A stretch of 31,107 nt of DNA from NCBI GenBank assembly GCA_044869275.1, contig JBIOXB010000009.1, positions 1 through 31,107 on the forward strand, read 5' to 3'. This stretch comes from a bacterium. GTDB lineage: Bacteria; Zhuqueibacterota; Zhuqueibacteria; Zhuqueibacterales; Zhuqueibacteraceae. The notes under the pieces are model-generated. The model made no database searches. It was given only the letters and a program-made list of their open reading frames with translations, and was not told the DNA's origin. A program made the position numbers and the translations under genes. This document shows, piece by piece, positions 1 to 8,247 of this stretch (its first letter is position 1; each line of letters begins with the position of its first letter).

Positions 1-153
1 TCGCTTCTCATCCGTTGGCGAAGAAATTTTCAGAATTCTATCCTGACTTTGAGTGCCTTATGGCTTATTCAATGCGAGTTCGAATCTGCCAGCCGAGATT
101 TTTTTCTTTTTGGTTGATGGCGTTTCATGAACGGCGCCTCCCCTGGGTCTGCT

Positions 154-1284
154 TCACGAAGCAGGTCCGCGCTTCTGTCCTTTGTACGTGAACATATTAT
201 TGCGATGAACGACTTCCGGATCACCCTGGTATCCCAAAATCTGCGGGAATTGGCGGCTGTGAATTCCTTTGATTCTTGCAATTTCCTCCGAGCTATAATT
301 CGAAAGGCCGCGACCGATTTCATGGTGGTGCGCATCCAGGATACGGACGACGTCTCCAGCCCGGAAGTCACCTGTGACCTCGACAATGCCGGCAGCCAAA
401 AGGCTGGCGCCTCGAGAAAGGAGTTTGGTGCAGGCGCCGGCGTCCACGATAAGTGCTCCCGCCACGGTGCTGCTCATGCCGATCCAGCGTCTGCGACTGT
501 CCATCCATTCCGTCTGCGGATGGAAATGAGTTCCCAAATCTTCGCCGTCGAGCAACCGGCTCAACACATTTGCCTCGCGGCCGTTGGCAATGAAAACGTG
601 CGCCCCTGCTTCTGTAGCAATGCGGGCGCCTTGAATCTTTGAAATCATGCCACCACGGCTGTACTTTGAAGTCGCCGTTCCCGCCAGCGCTTCAATTTCG
701 GGCGTTACGCCATGGACCTGGCTGACTCTTTTTGTGAGTTTGCCGTTCTTGCGACCGAACAGTCCCTCCACATCTGAGAGGAGAATCAACGTACCGGCAT
801 TGATCAGCCCGGTCACTTGCGCCGCGAGATTATCGTTGTCGCCGAATTTGATCTCCTCCACAGCCACGGTGTCATTTTCGTTGATGATCGGCAGCGCCTT
901 TTGCTCAAATAGTGTAAAGAAAGTATTGCGCGCGTTCAGGTATCGTCTGCGGTCGCGAAAGTCCTGCGCGCTCAGGAGTACCTGGGCAACGATCAAGTCG
1001 TGCGGGTGAAAGAACTCCTGGTACATATGCATCAGTAACCCTTGCCCTACCGCGGCTGCGGCCTGGCTTTCTCGTAAGCTTTGAATCCCGGCCAATCCGA
1101 GCCTGGCCATGCCGACCCGGATGGCGCCGGAGCTGACCAAAGCGAGCTCATAGCCCATGCCGGCGAGAGCGGCGATCTGAGCGCTGATATTCTTGAGCTG
1201 GGCGCTGTCGAGCCTGCCCGCGGCATTTGTCAGCGTGGAGGTTCCAACTTTGACGACGATTCTCTTCGCGCTTCCCGATTTCAT
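154..1284 (-). CDS. proB: Glutamate 5-kinase with C-terminal PUA domain
   Basis: Motifs RIVVKVGTSTL, VSSGAI, QAAAAVGQ, PIINENDTV, FGDNDNLAA, GGMISKI and PUA region (VDAGA...SLLAAGI...GRGLSNYSS...EVVHRNN). ATG at 1284 preferred over the track start at 1335. Confidence 0.96.
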   Translation of the reverse strand: MKSGSAKRIVVKVGTSTLTNAAGRLDSAQLKNISAQIAALAGMGYELALVSSGAIRVGMARLGLAGIQSLRESQAAAAVGQGLLMHMYQEFFHPHDLIVAQVLLSAQDFRDRRRYLNARNTFFTLFEQKALPIINENDTVAVEEIKFGDNDNLAAQVTGLINAGTLILLSDVEGLFGRKNGKLTKRVSQVHGVTPEIEALAGTATSKYSRGGMISKIQGARIATEAGAHVFIANGREANVLSRLLDGEDLGTHFHPQTEWMDSRRRWIGMSSTVAGALIVDAGACTKLLSRGASLLAAGIVEVTGDFRAGDVVRILDAHHHEIGRGLSNYSSEEIARIKGIHSRQFPQILGYQGDPEVVHRNNMFTYKGQKRGPAS

Positions 1285-1348
1285 GATTTTTGCTATAAAT
1301 ATGCCCAAAATCGTTTTTTGCATCTTAGGAAACAACTTCCAATTAACA

Positions 1349-1564
1349 TGTCATCCCGAAGCTTCGGGATCTTCCCTCGTTCCAGCGCCGTCGTCAGTTT
1401 GATCCTTGTGCCAGTGCGAGGGAAGATTCAGTCTGTGTGAAAACGCTTGATTTCAACGGCGGCTGGGCTTGTCGAAGCCGGATTTTTGAGCTTAGCACCC
1501 TTCGACAAGCTCAGGGTGCGGCATTCCCAAGTTTTTCACACAGCCAGATTCTTTCAGAATGACA
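1349..1564. repeat. REP-like inverted doublet (TGTCAT[T/C]C...G[A/G]ATCT arms) interrupted by a MITE
   Basis: Left arm TGTCATCCCGAAGCTTCGGGATCT (1349-1372). ATCTTCCCTCG (1369-1379) pairs with CGAGGGAAGAT (1417-1427). The right arm AGATTC|TTTCAGAATGACA is split by the insert at 1430-1546. Confidence 0.7.
1430..1546. mobile_element. MITE-like element, copy 1 (117 bp)
   Basis: Terminal inverted repeats CTGTGTGAAAA / TTTTCACACAG. GATTC direct repeats at 1425-1429 and 1547-1551. Internal hairpin CTGGGCTTGTCGAAG / CTTCGACAAGCTCAG. Near-identical to 9515-9644. Confidence 0.8.
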
Positions 1565-1603
1565 TTTCGTAGTGGCAACGCCGACTTGTCGTTGTAGCAA
1601 TTG

Positions 1604-3025
1604 TTATCTGTGCAGCCCAAAAGCCTCATGAATCGCGCGCACCGCCTCGTCAGCATCATTTGCAGTGACCACGAGGCTGATGTTGGTTTCACTCGATCCT
1701 TGCGCGATGGCGATGACATTGATGCTCCTGTGGGCCAAAGCGGAGAAAACTTTGGCGGCAATCCCCGGCGTGCCTTTCATGCCGCTGCCCACGGCTGCGA
1801 CAATTACAATGTCTGCTTGTCCGGAGATTTGGTGAATATGCCGGTGATAGAGCTCGCGCTCGAATTCTTTCCGCAGCGCTGCGACAACCAGTGCGGCGGC
1901 GCTTTGCGGCACAACGAAGCAGATATTCTGTTCGCTGCTGCTTTGGCTGATCATCAACACATTGCCCTGGACACGCGCCACACCGCCAAAGGCGCGCGCC
2001 GCAATGCCGGGCACACCGATCATGCCGCGTCCTTCAATCGTAATCAGGTTCATATTGCAAATCGCCGTGATGGCTTTAACCGTGCCTGCCGACCTGTCCT
2101 TTGCTTTCTGCACGATGCGCGTGCCGGGATGGCCGGGGTTGAATGTGTTGAGCACGCGCAAAGCGATGTTCTCTTGAACCGCGGGCGCAACCGTCTTGGG
2201 ATGCAGCACCTTCGCGCCAAAATAAGCCAGCTCGGCGATTTCCTCATAGCTGATCTCGGGCAAGGTGCGGGCGCCAGCCACGAGGCGGGGATCGGCCGTC
2301 ATCACGCCGTCAACGTCCGTCCATATTTGTATTTCATCGGCCGGCAGTGCCGCGCCGATGAGGGCTGCTGAAAAATCAGAGCCGCCTCGCCCCAAGGTCG
2401 TTAACAGCCCCTCTTTCGTCGCGCCGATAAAACCGCTGACAACGGGAACGATGCCGCTGCCGAGCAGCGGCAACAAGTTTGCTCGGCAGCGTTCTGTCGT
2501 TATCTCCCCAAGCGGTGTTGCATTGCCATGCGCCTGATCCGTGACAATCAGCCCGCAGGCATCCACGAATTGTCCCCTCACTCCTTGCGTCCGCAAAACC
2601 GCAGCCAACAGCGGCGCGCTCAATCTTTCTCCGAGGCTGCTCACCACATCCAAGCCTCGGCCGGTCAATTCACCGAGCACGGCAATACTATGACAGAGAC
2701 GCTCGAACTCCTGCAAATGCTCGGTGATGATTTTCTCCATGCCGCTCTGCTCGCCATGATCTTTGATGAGCTGTCCGGCAACAGCCAAATGCCGGGCCAA
2801 AAGCTGGTTGCGCGCTTCGCGATAGGGAGTTTCCTCACCGGCGGCCGCCGCTCTTGCCGCCGCAATCAAGGTGTCGGTGACGCCCGCCATGGCGCTCACG
2901 ACGACGGCGACGCCCGGCCTTTTACTTCCTTCTTGCTGCCCGAGGCTCCTGCTGATAATCTCCGCGACCTGCGCGAAGCGCTCAGCATCGCCCACAGAGG
3001 TGCCGCCAAATTTCATCACAATCAT
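1604..3025 (-). CDS. lysC: Aspartate kinase, monofunctional, with two ACT domains
   Basis: VMKFGGTSV, VVVSAMAGVTD, SLGERLSA, TTLGRGGSDFSA, WTDVDGVMTADP, ELAYFGAKVLHP and ACT repeats (SQSSSEQNI, IAQGSSETNIS). Confidence 0.93.
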   Translation of the reverse strand: MIVMKFGGTSVGDAERFAQVAEIISRSLGQQEGSKRPGVAVVVSAMAGVTDTLIAAARAAAAGEETPYREARNQLLARHLAVAGQLIKDHGEQSGMEKIITEHLQEFERLCHSIAVLGELTGRGLDVVSSLGERLSAPLLAAVLRTQGVRGQFVDACGLIVTDQAHGNATPLGEITTERCRANLLPLLGSGIVPVVSGFIGATKEGLLTTLGRGGSDFSAALIGAALPADEIQIWTDVDGVMTADPRLVAGARTLPEISYEEIAELAYFGAKVLHPKTVAPAVQENIALRVLNTFNPGHPGTRIVQKAKDRSAGTVKAITAICNMNLITIEGRGMIGVPGIAARAFGGVARVQGNVLMISQSSSEQNICFVVPQSAAALVVAALRKEFERELYHRHIHQISGQADIVIVAAVGSGMKGTPGIAAKVFSALAHRSINVIAIAQGSSETNISLVVTANDADEAVRAIHEAFGLHR

Positions 3026-3088
3026 CTGCTACTGACCCCGCAAAAAATTGCGTCACAATTCATGCTGCCGTGCTCTCATATTTGGGCA

Positions 3089-3290
3089 TTATTTTAGCAG
3101 AATGCACTTTTGCATTTGATGGTAATTGCCGGCCTCGAACTTGACGAAGATGAGGTCGACGGAATTTCCGTCCTTATTATCGGTAACCGTTAAACTGATC
3201 TGTTTTAAACTGCCATTTTAAGCTGCCGTCCGGATGAAGAGCATAGAAATTTTTATCATATGAGCCAAGGTAAATGGTGCAGGCAATCGC
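3089..3290 (-). pseudogene. Collapsed relic of a secreted multidomain protein (PQQ-like propeller repeat, PKD-like strand, C-terminal sorting-domain tail)
   Basis: Manual translation. One frame gives AIACTIYLGSYDKNFYALHPDGSLKWQFKT. An adjacent frame gives QISLTVTDNKDG...FVKFEAGNYHQMQKCILLK* with the stop at 3089-3091. Confidence 0.7.
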
Positions 3291-3305
3291 AAGATTTTAA
3301 CACAG

Positions 3306-3337
3306 TGAGCAGTCATCAGTGAACTGATGACTGCTCA
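3306..3337. terminator. Perfect 15-bp inverted repeat just downstream of the OPT gene
   Basis: TGAGCAGTCATCAGT-GA-ACTGATGACTGCTCA, built from heptamer-like units, 10 nt after the stop at 3348. Confidence 0.6.
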
Positions 3338-3347
3338 AGAAGGAGCA

Positions 3348-5369
3348 CTATGCCTTGCGCAGCGGCATCACCACCAGCACCCAGGCGATCGCTGCAAAGG
3401 CCAGCAACGCAAAGAAATATCCACCGAAGCCATCGACAAATCCAAACTGCGCCGTGCCGAAAAACAGGCCGGTAATCGATTTGAAATCCTTGAAGATCAA
3501 AACCAGCACCGCCAGCAATACGCCGGTCAACGACTCCCCGGCAATGAAGCCCGAGGCCAGCAGCGTACCAGTGTTTTCCACACGTTCGCCGGCTTCCTTG
3601 CTCAGTTTCTTTCTCGCCACGCGACGATCGACGATCCACTTCAGCGCGCCACCGATGAAAATCGCAAAGGTGGTTTCGAAGGGCAGATACATGCCGACGG
3701 CGATGAGCATGGGCGCGGGCGCCTTGATCATAATCAGCGCCAGGGCCATGAACGCGCCGAACAGGATCAAACCCCACGGCATCTCGCCTCCGACGATGCC
3801 GGCCGCGAGCTGCGCCATCAATCCCGCCTGCGGCGCGGGCAGGGCCTTGTCGCCAATGCCGATGCCGCCCGCGAGAATGTTGCTTTTATGCAAGGCGATG
3901 ATCGGAAATACGAGCACAAAGGAAACCGCGACCACGGCAATAATCTCGGCGATTTCCATGCGGCGCGGCGTGCCACCGAGCAACTGGCCGATTTTCAAAT
4001 CCTGAATCATGTCGCCTGAAATCGCGCACGCGCAGCACACCACCGCGGCCACACCCAGTACCGCGCCGACACCGGACATGCCCCTCACCCCGAAGAACAC
4101 CATCAGCAACGCCGCGATAATCAGTGTCGAAAGCGTCAGGCCCGAGATCGGCTGATTCGACCCTCCCACGAGACCGACAAGATAGCCGCCGACGGCGGAC
4201 AATAAGAATCCCAAGACCAACATGACCACGGCCGCGACGATCGCGCCGACCACGCTTTGGCTGAAATAGTAATAAAGCACCGCCATCGGGATGGCGAGCA
4301 AAATCGTAATGATCATGATCACGCGCAGATCGAGATCCTGCTCGAGGCGCGAGGGCTTTGCCGCGGTGCTGCCTTTCTTGAACACGCCTTGGAACGCCGA
4401 AGCCAGAGATTTGCGCAAGCCCCACATGGTTTTGGCCGCGGCCACGAGCATCGCGCCAACAGCGATCGGGCGCACGTGATTGTACCAAACCGAATTGATG
4501 ACGTCCGCGAGCGGAGCCGTCTGGCCGGCGACTGTAAGTTGCATGCTCAAATCCGGATTGACAAAAAGGATCAGCGGAATCAACACCAACCACGCGAGCA
4601 CACCGCCGACAAAATTGATCGTCGCTAATTCCGGGCCAATGACGTAACCCACGCCGATCAGCGCCGGCGAAATGGCAAACGAGGCCCAAGGAATTATGCC
4701 GGTATGCGCCACTTCGCCCATGGGCGTGCGGTCACTAGCGAAATGGCGCACGAGTGATTTGGGCAGATGGATCAAACCGGAAAAGCTTTCGTGAAAAAGC
4801 TTGAGGCCGTTGTCCGCTTTGAAGACTTGCAACAGCATGCCAAAGCCGAGGGTGCCGAAGACATATTTCGCGCCACTTTCGCCCTGCTGTCCGGCTTTCA
4901 CGATTTCAGCGCAGGCGCGACTTTCCGGAAAAGGCAGGCCGGCGTCAACCGTGAGCGTGCGGCGCAAAATGACGATAAACAGCACTCCCAGCACCCCGCC
5001 GATGAGCAGGATGAATGAGGTCTCCCAATAGTTGAAATCCGTCCACAGCCGCTCGCCGCCGACGTTGACCATCACGAATGCTGGAATGGTGAAGATCGCG
5101 CCGGCCACCAGCGCTTCGCCGACCGAGGCCGCGGTGCGCGTGATGTTTTGCTCCAACACGCTGCCACGCATCAAACGGAATGCAGCGATGGCGATGACGG
5201 CGGCAGGAAAACTGGCGGAAACGGTCTGACCCGCTTTCAATCCGAGATAAGCATTGGCCGCACCCAAAATCACTGCCATCAAAACGCCGAGCAGAACGGC
5301 CCTCCAGGTGAATTCGGGCAGGTTGCTATCTGCGGGCACGTAAGGTTGCTCGTGCTTGGGGTCGGCCAT
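3348..5369 (-). CDS. OPT-family oligopeptide/metal-chelate transporter
   Basis: PEFTWRA, ANAYLGLKAG, SVLEQNI, LPFPES, SNQPISG, QDLKIG..LGGTP, LPAPQA, LLASGFIAGESL and many TM helices. GGAGGAAG RBS upstream. Confidence 0.93.
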   Translation of the reverse strand: MADPKHEQPYVPADSNLPEFTWRAVLLGVLMAVILGAANAYLGLKAGQTVSASFPAAVIAIAAFRLMRGSVLEQNITRTAASVGEALVAGAIFTIPAFVMVNVGGERLWTDFNYWETSFILLIGGVLGVLFIVILRRTLTVDAGLPFPESRACAEIVKAGQQGESGAKYVFGTLGFGMLLQVFKADNGLKLFHESFSGLIHLPKSLVRHFASDRTPMGEVAHTGIIPWASFAISPALIGVGYVIGPELATINFVGGVLAWLVLIPLILFVNPDLSMQLTVAGQTAPLADVINSVWYNHVRPIAVGAMLVAAAKTMWGLRKSLASAFQGVFKKGSTAAKPSRLEQDLDLRVIMIITILLAIPMAVLYYYFSQSVVGAIVAAVVMLVLGFLLSAVGGYLVGLVGGSNQPISGLTLSTLIIAALLMVFFGVRGMSGVGAVLGVAAVVCCACAISGDMIQDLKIGQLLGGTPRRMEIAEIIAVVAVSFVLVFPIIALHKSNILAGGIGIGDKALPAPQAGLMAQLAAGIVGGEMPWGLILFGAFMALALIMIKAPAPMLIAVGMYLPFETTFAIFIGGALKWIVDRRVARKKLSKEAGERVENTGTLLASGFIAGESLTGVLLAVLVLIFKDFKSITGLFFGTAQFGFVDGFGGYFFALLAFAAIAWVLVVMPLRKA

Positions 5370-5430
5370 TCTTCCTCCTCCGTTTGAGTTTTTGCCGAAT
5401 GACGCTGCAGAAAGAGTTTGGATGATTGAT

Positions 5431-5484
5431 TTACACGTTACACTTTACACGTGTAAAGTGTAACGCGTAAGGTGTAACACGTAG
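5431..5484. repeat. Heptamer (TTACACN) array forming a 40-bp near-perfect palindrome
   Basis: TTACACGTTACACTTTACAC|GTGTAAAGTGTAACGCGTAA (5431-5470, one mismatch), followed by further GTGTAAC-like units. Confidence 0.85.
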
Positions 5485-5503
5485 AAAGTGATTACCCTTA
5501 TCT

Positions 5504-6205
5504 TTATTTTATCGCCATGGTTTTCAAGTAGAATCCTGAAACTGCTTTCAGACGATTCACAAAGGATTCTTTTTTCAGAAAAATACCCAGCAATCCGCCT
5601 TTGAAGCGCAACCACTGCCACGCGGTGAAATTAAGGTAGTGGCCATGTTTCTGAATTGCAATGAACAAAATACAATCGCCGATTTCTGCGAGCTGCACGC
5701 CGAATTTTTCGATGGGGACGACGTTCGTCGCCAAGAAAGTTACCTGCTGATCACTGGCCTGCAGGCGAACGCGATAAATCATGGTGCCGAGGCGGTTGTC
5801 GATTTGGCGAATGTAGAAACTCGTATCCATGGGCAGCGCGCAGAACAATGGATCGTTTGTGCCTTTTTGCGCCTGTGGATGGGCGAGGACTTCGCTGTTT
5901 TTGAACAGCGTTTTCATCTCCTTTTCGGTATGCGAATAGTAAGGCAGTCCCGTCAGCTTCCGCAATGCTGCCAGCGAATCAGCGATTTGCAGAATCGTGG
6001 CGCGTGAGGGGATGCGGCTCTCACATTTCAGCACCAGTCTCGCCGGGCGATGGCGCGGAAAAACTTCAGGCATACTGTCGAGAGTGGAAATTTCTTCCTC
6101 CTGATAAATACTGACGCGCAGGGAATCTGAGGCAGGTACTTGTGCGAAGCTCGCCGGCGCGATGAACCAGGCGAGCAAAAGAAGATAAGCTTGTTTGTAG
6201 AGCAT
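5504..6205 (-). CDS. Exported hypothetical protein (possibly DUF6675-like)
   Basis: Signal peptide ending ASFA-Q. Segments LTGLPYYSHTEKEMKTLF, RQIDNRLG and SFVNRLKA resemble, from memory, a spirochaete-type DUF family; not verified. Confidence 0.65.
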   Translation of the reverse strand: MLYKQAYLLLLAWFIAPASFAQVPASDSLRVSIYQEEEISTLDSMPEVFPRHRPARLVLKCESRIPSRATILQIADSLAALRKLTGLPYYSHTEKEMKTLFKNSEVLAHPQAQKGTNDPLFCALPMDTSFYIRQIDNRLGTMIYRVRLQASDQQVTFLATNVVPIEKFGVQLAEIGDCILFIAIQKHGHYLNFTAWQWLRFKGGLLGIFLKKESFVNRLKAVSGFYLKTMAIK

Positions 6206-6243
6206 GCTTTTTCAGAGAACGCAGCAGAACTCGTTCAAAAAGA

Positions 6244-7290
6244 TTAGATCAGGCCCCGGCTTTGTAGTGTCTGAAGCAGCAGCCCACCATAACGTTCGGC
6301 CAGCGCACGGTGGCCGAATCCGATCCAGCCAATTTCAGACGCGGCCTCCGCCGGGCCATCGAATGGCTTGCCGTTGGGCGAGAGCACAACGACTCCGGCT
6401 TCATGCGCGATGAGCCAGGTGGACAGGTCGTATGGGTGCGCGCACAAAACCGGCGGCCTTTTTTGTTCGCGCCAAAGGCGATTCAGTTGCGGCCTGACAT
6501 CCACAACCATTTTCAATTGCCCCTGCCACAGTGCGTGCAATTGCCCGCCGCTGGAAAGATGCTGATCTTCGAACACCGGCGCGGCGGCGGCGGCGTGAGG
6601 CGCCAGGGCCTGTTGCAAAAACTCCTCTTCCAACGCCGCCATCGTCATCTTGCCGTGCGGGAAAAAGTTTACAAAAGATACAAACCCATGCAACAATTCC
6701 GCGGAAGCTTGCGCGTGTACACTTCGCGTGGCGTGCGCACCCGTCACCAAATTCTCGCGCAAACAAAATGCGCCATGCTTGGGGACGGCCCAACAAGTTT
6801 CCGCATAGAGATGTTTCGGCAGCGGAATCTCGGTTTGTAGCGCGAATAGCACTTCGCCCAGCCTGGTGTCTTCGCCTTTTTCGGGGAGAATGCCGGAGAG
6901 AATCCAGCCGCTGTTTTTGGCATACATCAACAGGCGCGTGCCGTCGATGGGATCGAACAGCACGCGAAATCGCGGTTCGCCTGAGCCGATGGCGATGGCC
7001 TCACCCGTCTCAAATTCACCCACCAATAAAAACGGCGGAGCATCAGCGGCATGCTCGTCGAGATATTCAAACAGGCTTTGCTCCGCGATTTCATCGATGC
7101 GAAACAAAGTGTCGACTTGCGTTTCCGCGGCAACTGTGGACAAATCGGCCGAGGATTTTTGTATGAGCGCATGTCGCACGCCGGCGCGAATTTGCTGGTG
7201 GACGCCCCAGAGCAGCGTGGCTAACTTTTCAAGCGCTGAATCTTTTTCAAGATGAAACGCAGGAGACTGGGGGCTCGATAGTTCAAGCAT
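6244..7290 (-). CDS. Inositol monophosphatase (FIG) superfamily protein, divergent
   Basis: IDEIAE, LVGE, FDPIDGT metal-binding motif and HPYDL...LIAHEAG. Confidence 0.85.
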   Translation of the reverse strand: MLELSSPQSPAFHLEKDSALEKLATLLWGVHQQIRAGVRHALIQKSSADLSTVAAETQVDTLFRIDEIAEQSLFEYLDEHAADAPPFLLVGEFETGEAIAIGSGEPRFRVLFDPIDGTRLLMYAKNSGWILSGILPEKGEDTRLGEVLFALQTEIPLPKHLYAETCWAVPKHGAFCLRENLVTGAHATRSVHAQASAELLHGFVSFVNFFPHGKMTMAALEEEFLQQALAPHAAAAAPVFEDQHLSSGGQLHALWQGQLKMVVDVRPQLNRLWREQKRPPVLCAHPYDLSTWLIAHEAGVVVLSPNGKPFDGPAEAASEIGWIGFGHRALAERYGGLLLQTLQSRGLI

Positions 7291-7303
7291 GACGGGACTT
7301 TTC

Positions 7304-7441
7304 TTACTGATTCAGGATGACGAAGCGAGGCCCAAGCGCACGGGAAGCAGCGTGATCGGAAAACTGGCGTTCGAGAAACCAGCTTGCTGCGGCAGCGCTT
7401 TCGTGCGCCTTACGCAGCAGAGCTTTCTGATCTTCCGTCAC
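7304..7441 (-). pseudogene. Truncated HEPN-domain protein (N-terminal ~35 aa only)
   Basis: Manual translation from GTG 7441: MTEDQKALLRKAHESAAAASWFLERQFSDHAASRA, then unrelated LGPRFVILNQ*. This matches the HEPN N-terminal pattern (L..A..SL.AA..L......AASRAYY), cut just before YY. Confidence 0.7.
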
Positions 7442-7560
7442 ATCTCAACCCCTTCTCGGCAAACATCGCACAGCTCCGGCAGAATTGGCTTTCCGTTTTC
7501 CTGGCAGATGTGTTTGGGATTTTGTGCATGTAGAAATTGTTCATTCTCAAAATACTGGAT
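7438..7560 (-). pseudogene. Probable relic of a minimal nucleotidyltransferase (MNT) antitoxin C-terminus
   Basis: ...ENEQFLHAQNP...KPILPELCDVCREGVEM* resembles the MNT C-terminal 'V.REGV' ending. Its TGA overlaps the HEPN GTG (GTGA). Confidence 0.5.
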
Positions 7561-7605
7561 GGCCGCATTCTCTGCAAGCTTTAATTTGTTACACGACTAT
7601 TGACT

Positions 7606-8247
7606 TCATAAGGATAGTCTTTTCTGAGATGCTTGAATGAGCGTTTTCAGTTCTTCAATTTCTGCCGAAAATAATCCGAATCGTTCAGAAAATTCCAAAG
7701 CTTGTTGCGCAAATGACAGAGATGATTCATAGTTAGACCGTTCGAATTCCGTTTCAGCAAGAGCTTTCAGAATCCAGCGAAATGTATACCATTTTTTCAT
7801 TTCTCTCGCCAATTCCAGCCCTTCATGGCCTATATCAAATGCGGCTTCGAACCTTCCAAGCCTATGATTGACGACTGCAAGGTTCCCTAAGGCCCCGGCC
7901 AAAATTAATTGGTTTTGCTCTCGCAGAATGGGTATGATCGCTTCTAATCCATCCTTGGCTTCTATAAGTCTTCCCTCATCTGCGGCTATCATCGCTAGCC
8001 CTCTTTTGAAACTCGCGATGGCTAGTTCGTCATTTGAAGATTTGGCCAGTTGCATGCCTCTTTCATAACATCGCCTAGCTTGATCAAGATCTCCTTGAAA
8101 GCGCAATACTGTACCCAAATTAAGCAATGCCCACATGATCCTTAACGAGTCTTCAAGCTGCTCGAATATTTTCAATCCTTCTTGAATGAAAGCTTCTCCC
8201 TTTTCCTTGTTTCCACTGTTGAACTCAATCCAGCCGATGCTGTGCAA
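7606..8247 (-). CDS. TPR-repeat region, probably the detached C-terminal part of the upstream STAND protein
   Basis: TPR motifs (ALLNLGTVLRFQGDLDQARRCYERG, ALGNLAVVNHRLGRFEAA). Only a TTG start, overlapping the end of the NB-ARC ORF. About 40% GC in two 60-bp lines counted. Confidence 0.8.
   Translation of the reverse strand: MHSIGWIEFNSGNKEKGEAFIQEGLKIFEQLEDSLRIMWALLNLGTVLRFQGDLDQARRCYERGMQLAKSSNDELAIASFKRGLAMIAADEGRLIEAKDGLEAIIPILREQNQLILAGALGNLAVVNHRLGRFEAAFDIGHEGLELAREMKKWYTFRWILKALAETEFERSNYESSLSFAQQALEFSERFGLFSAEIEELKTLIQASQKRLSL

Noticed and set aside
1492..1761. Short ORFs containing MPHPELVEG or TLSLSKG (also 9431-9707)
   Set aside because: These are translations of the MITE/REP sequence, not real genes.
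3026..3300. Lysine riboswitch or leader peptide upstream of aspartate kinase
   Set aside because: No recognisable L-box or Thr/Lys-rich leader. The region is better explained as a coding relic.
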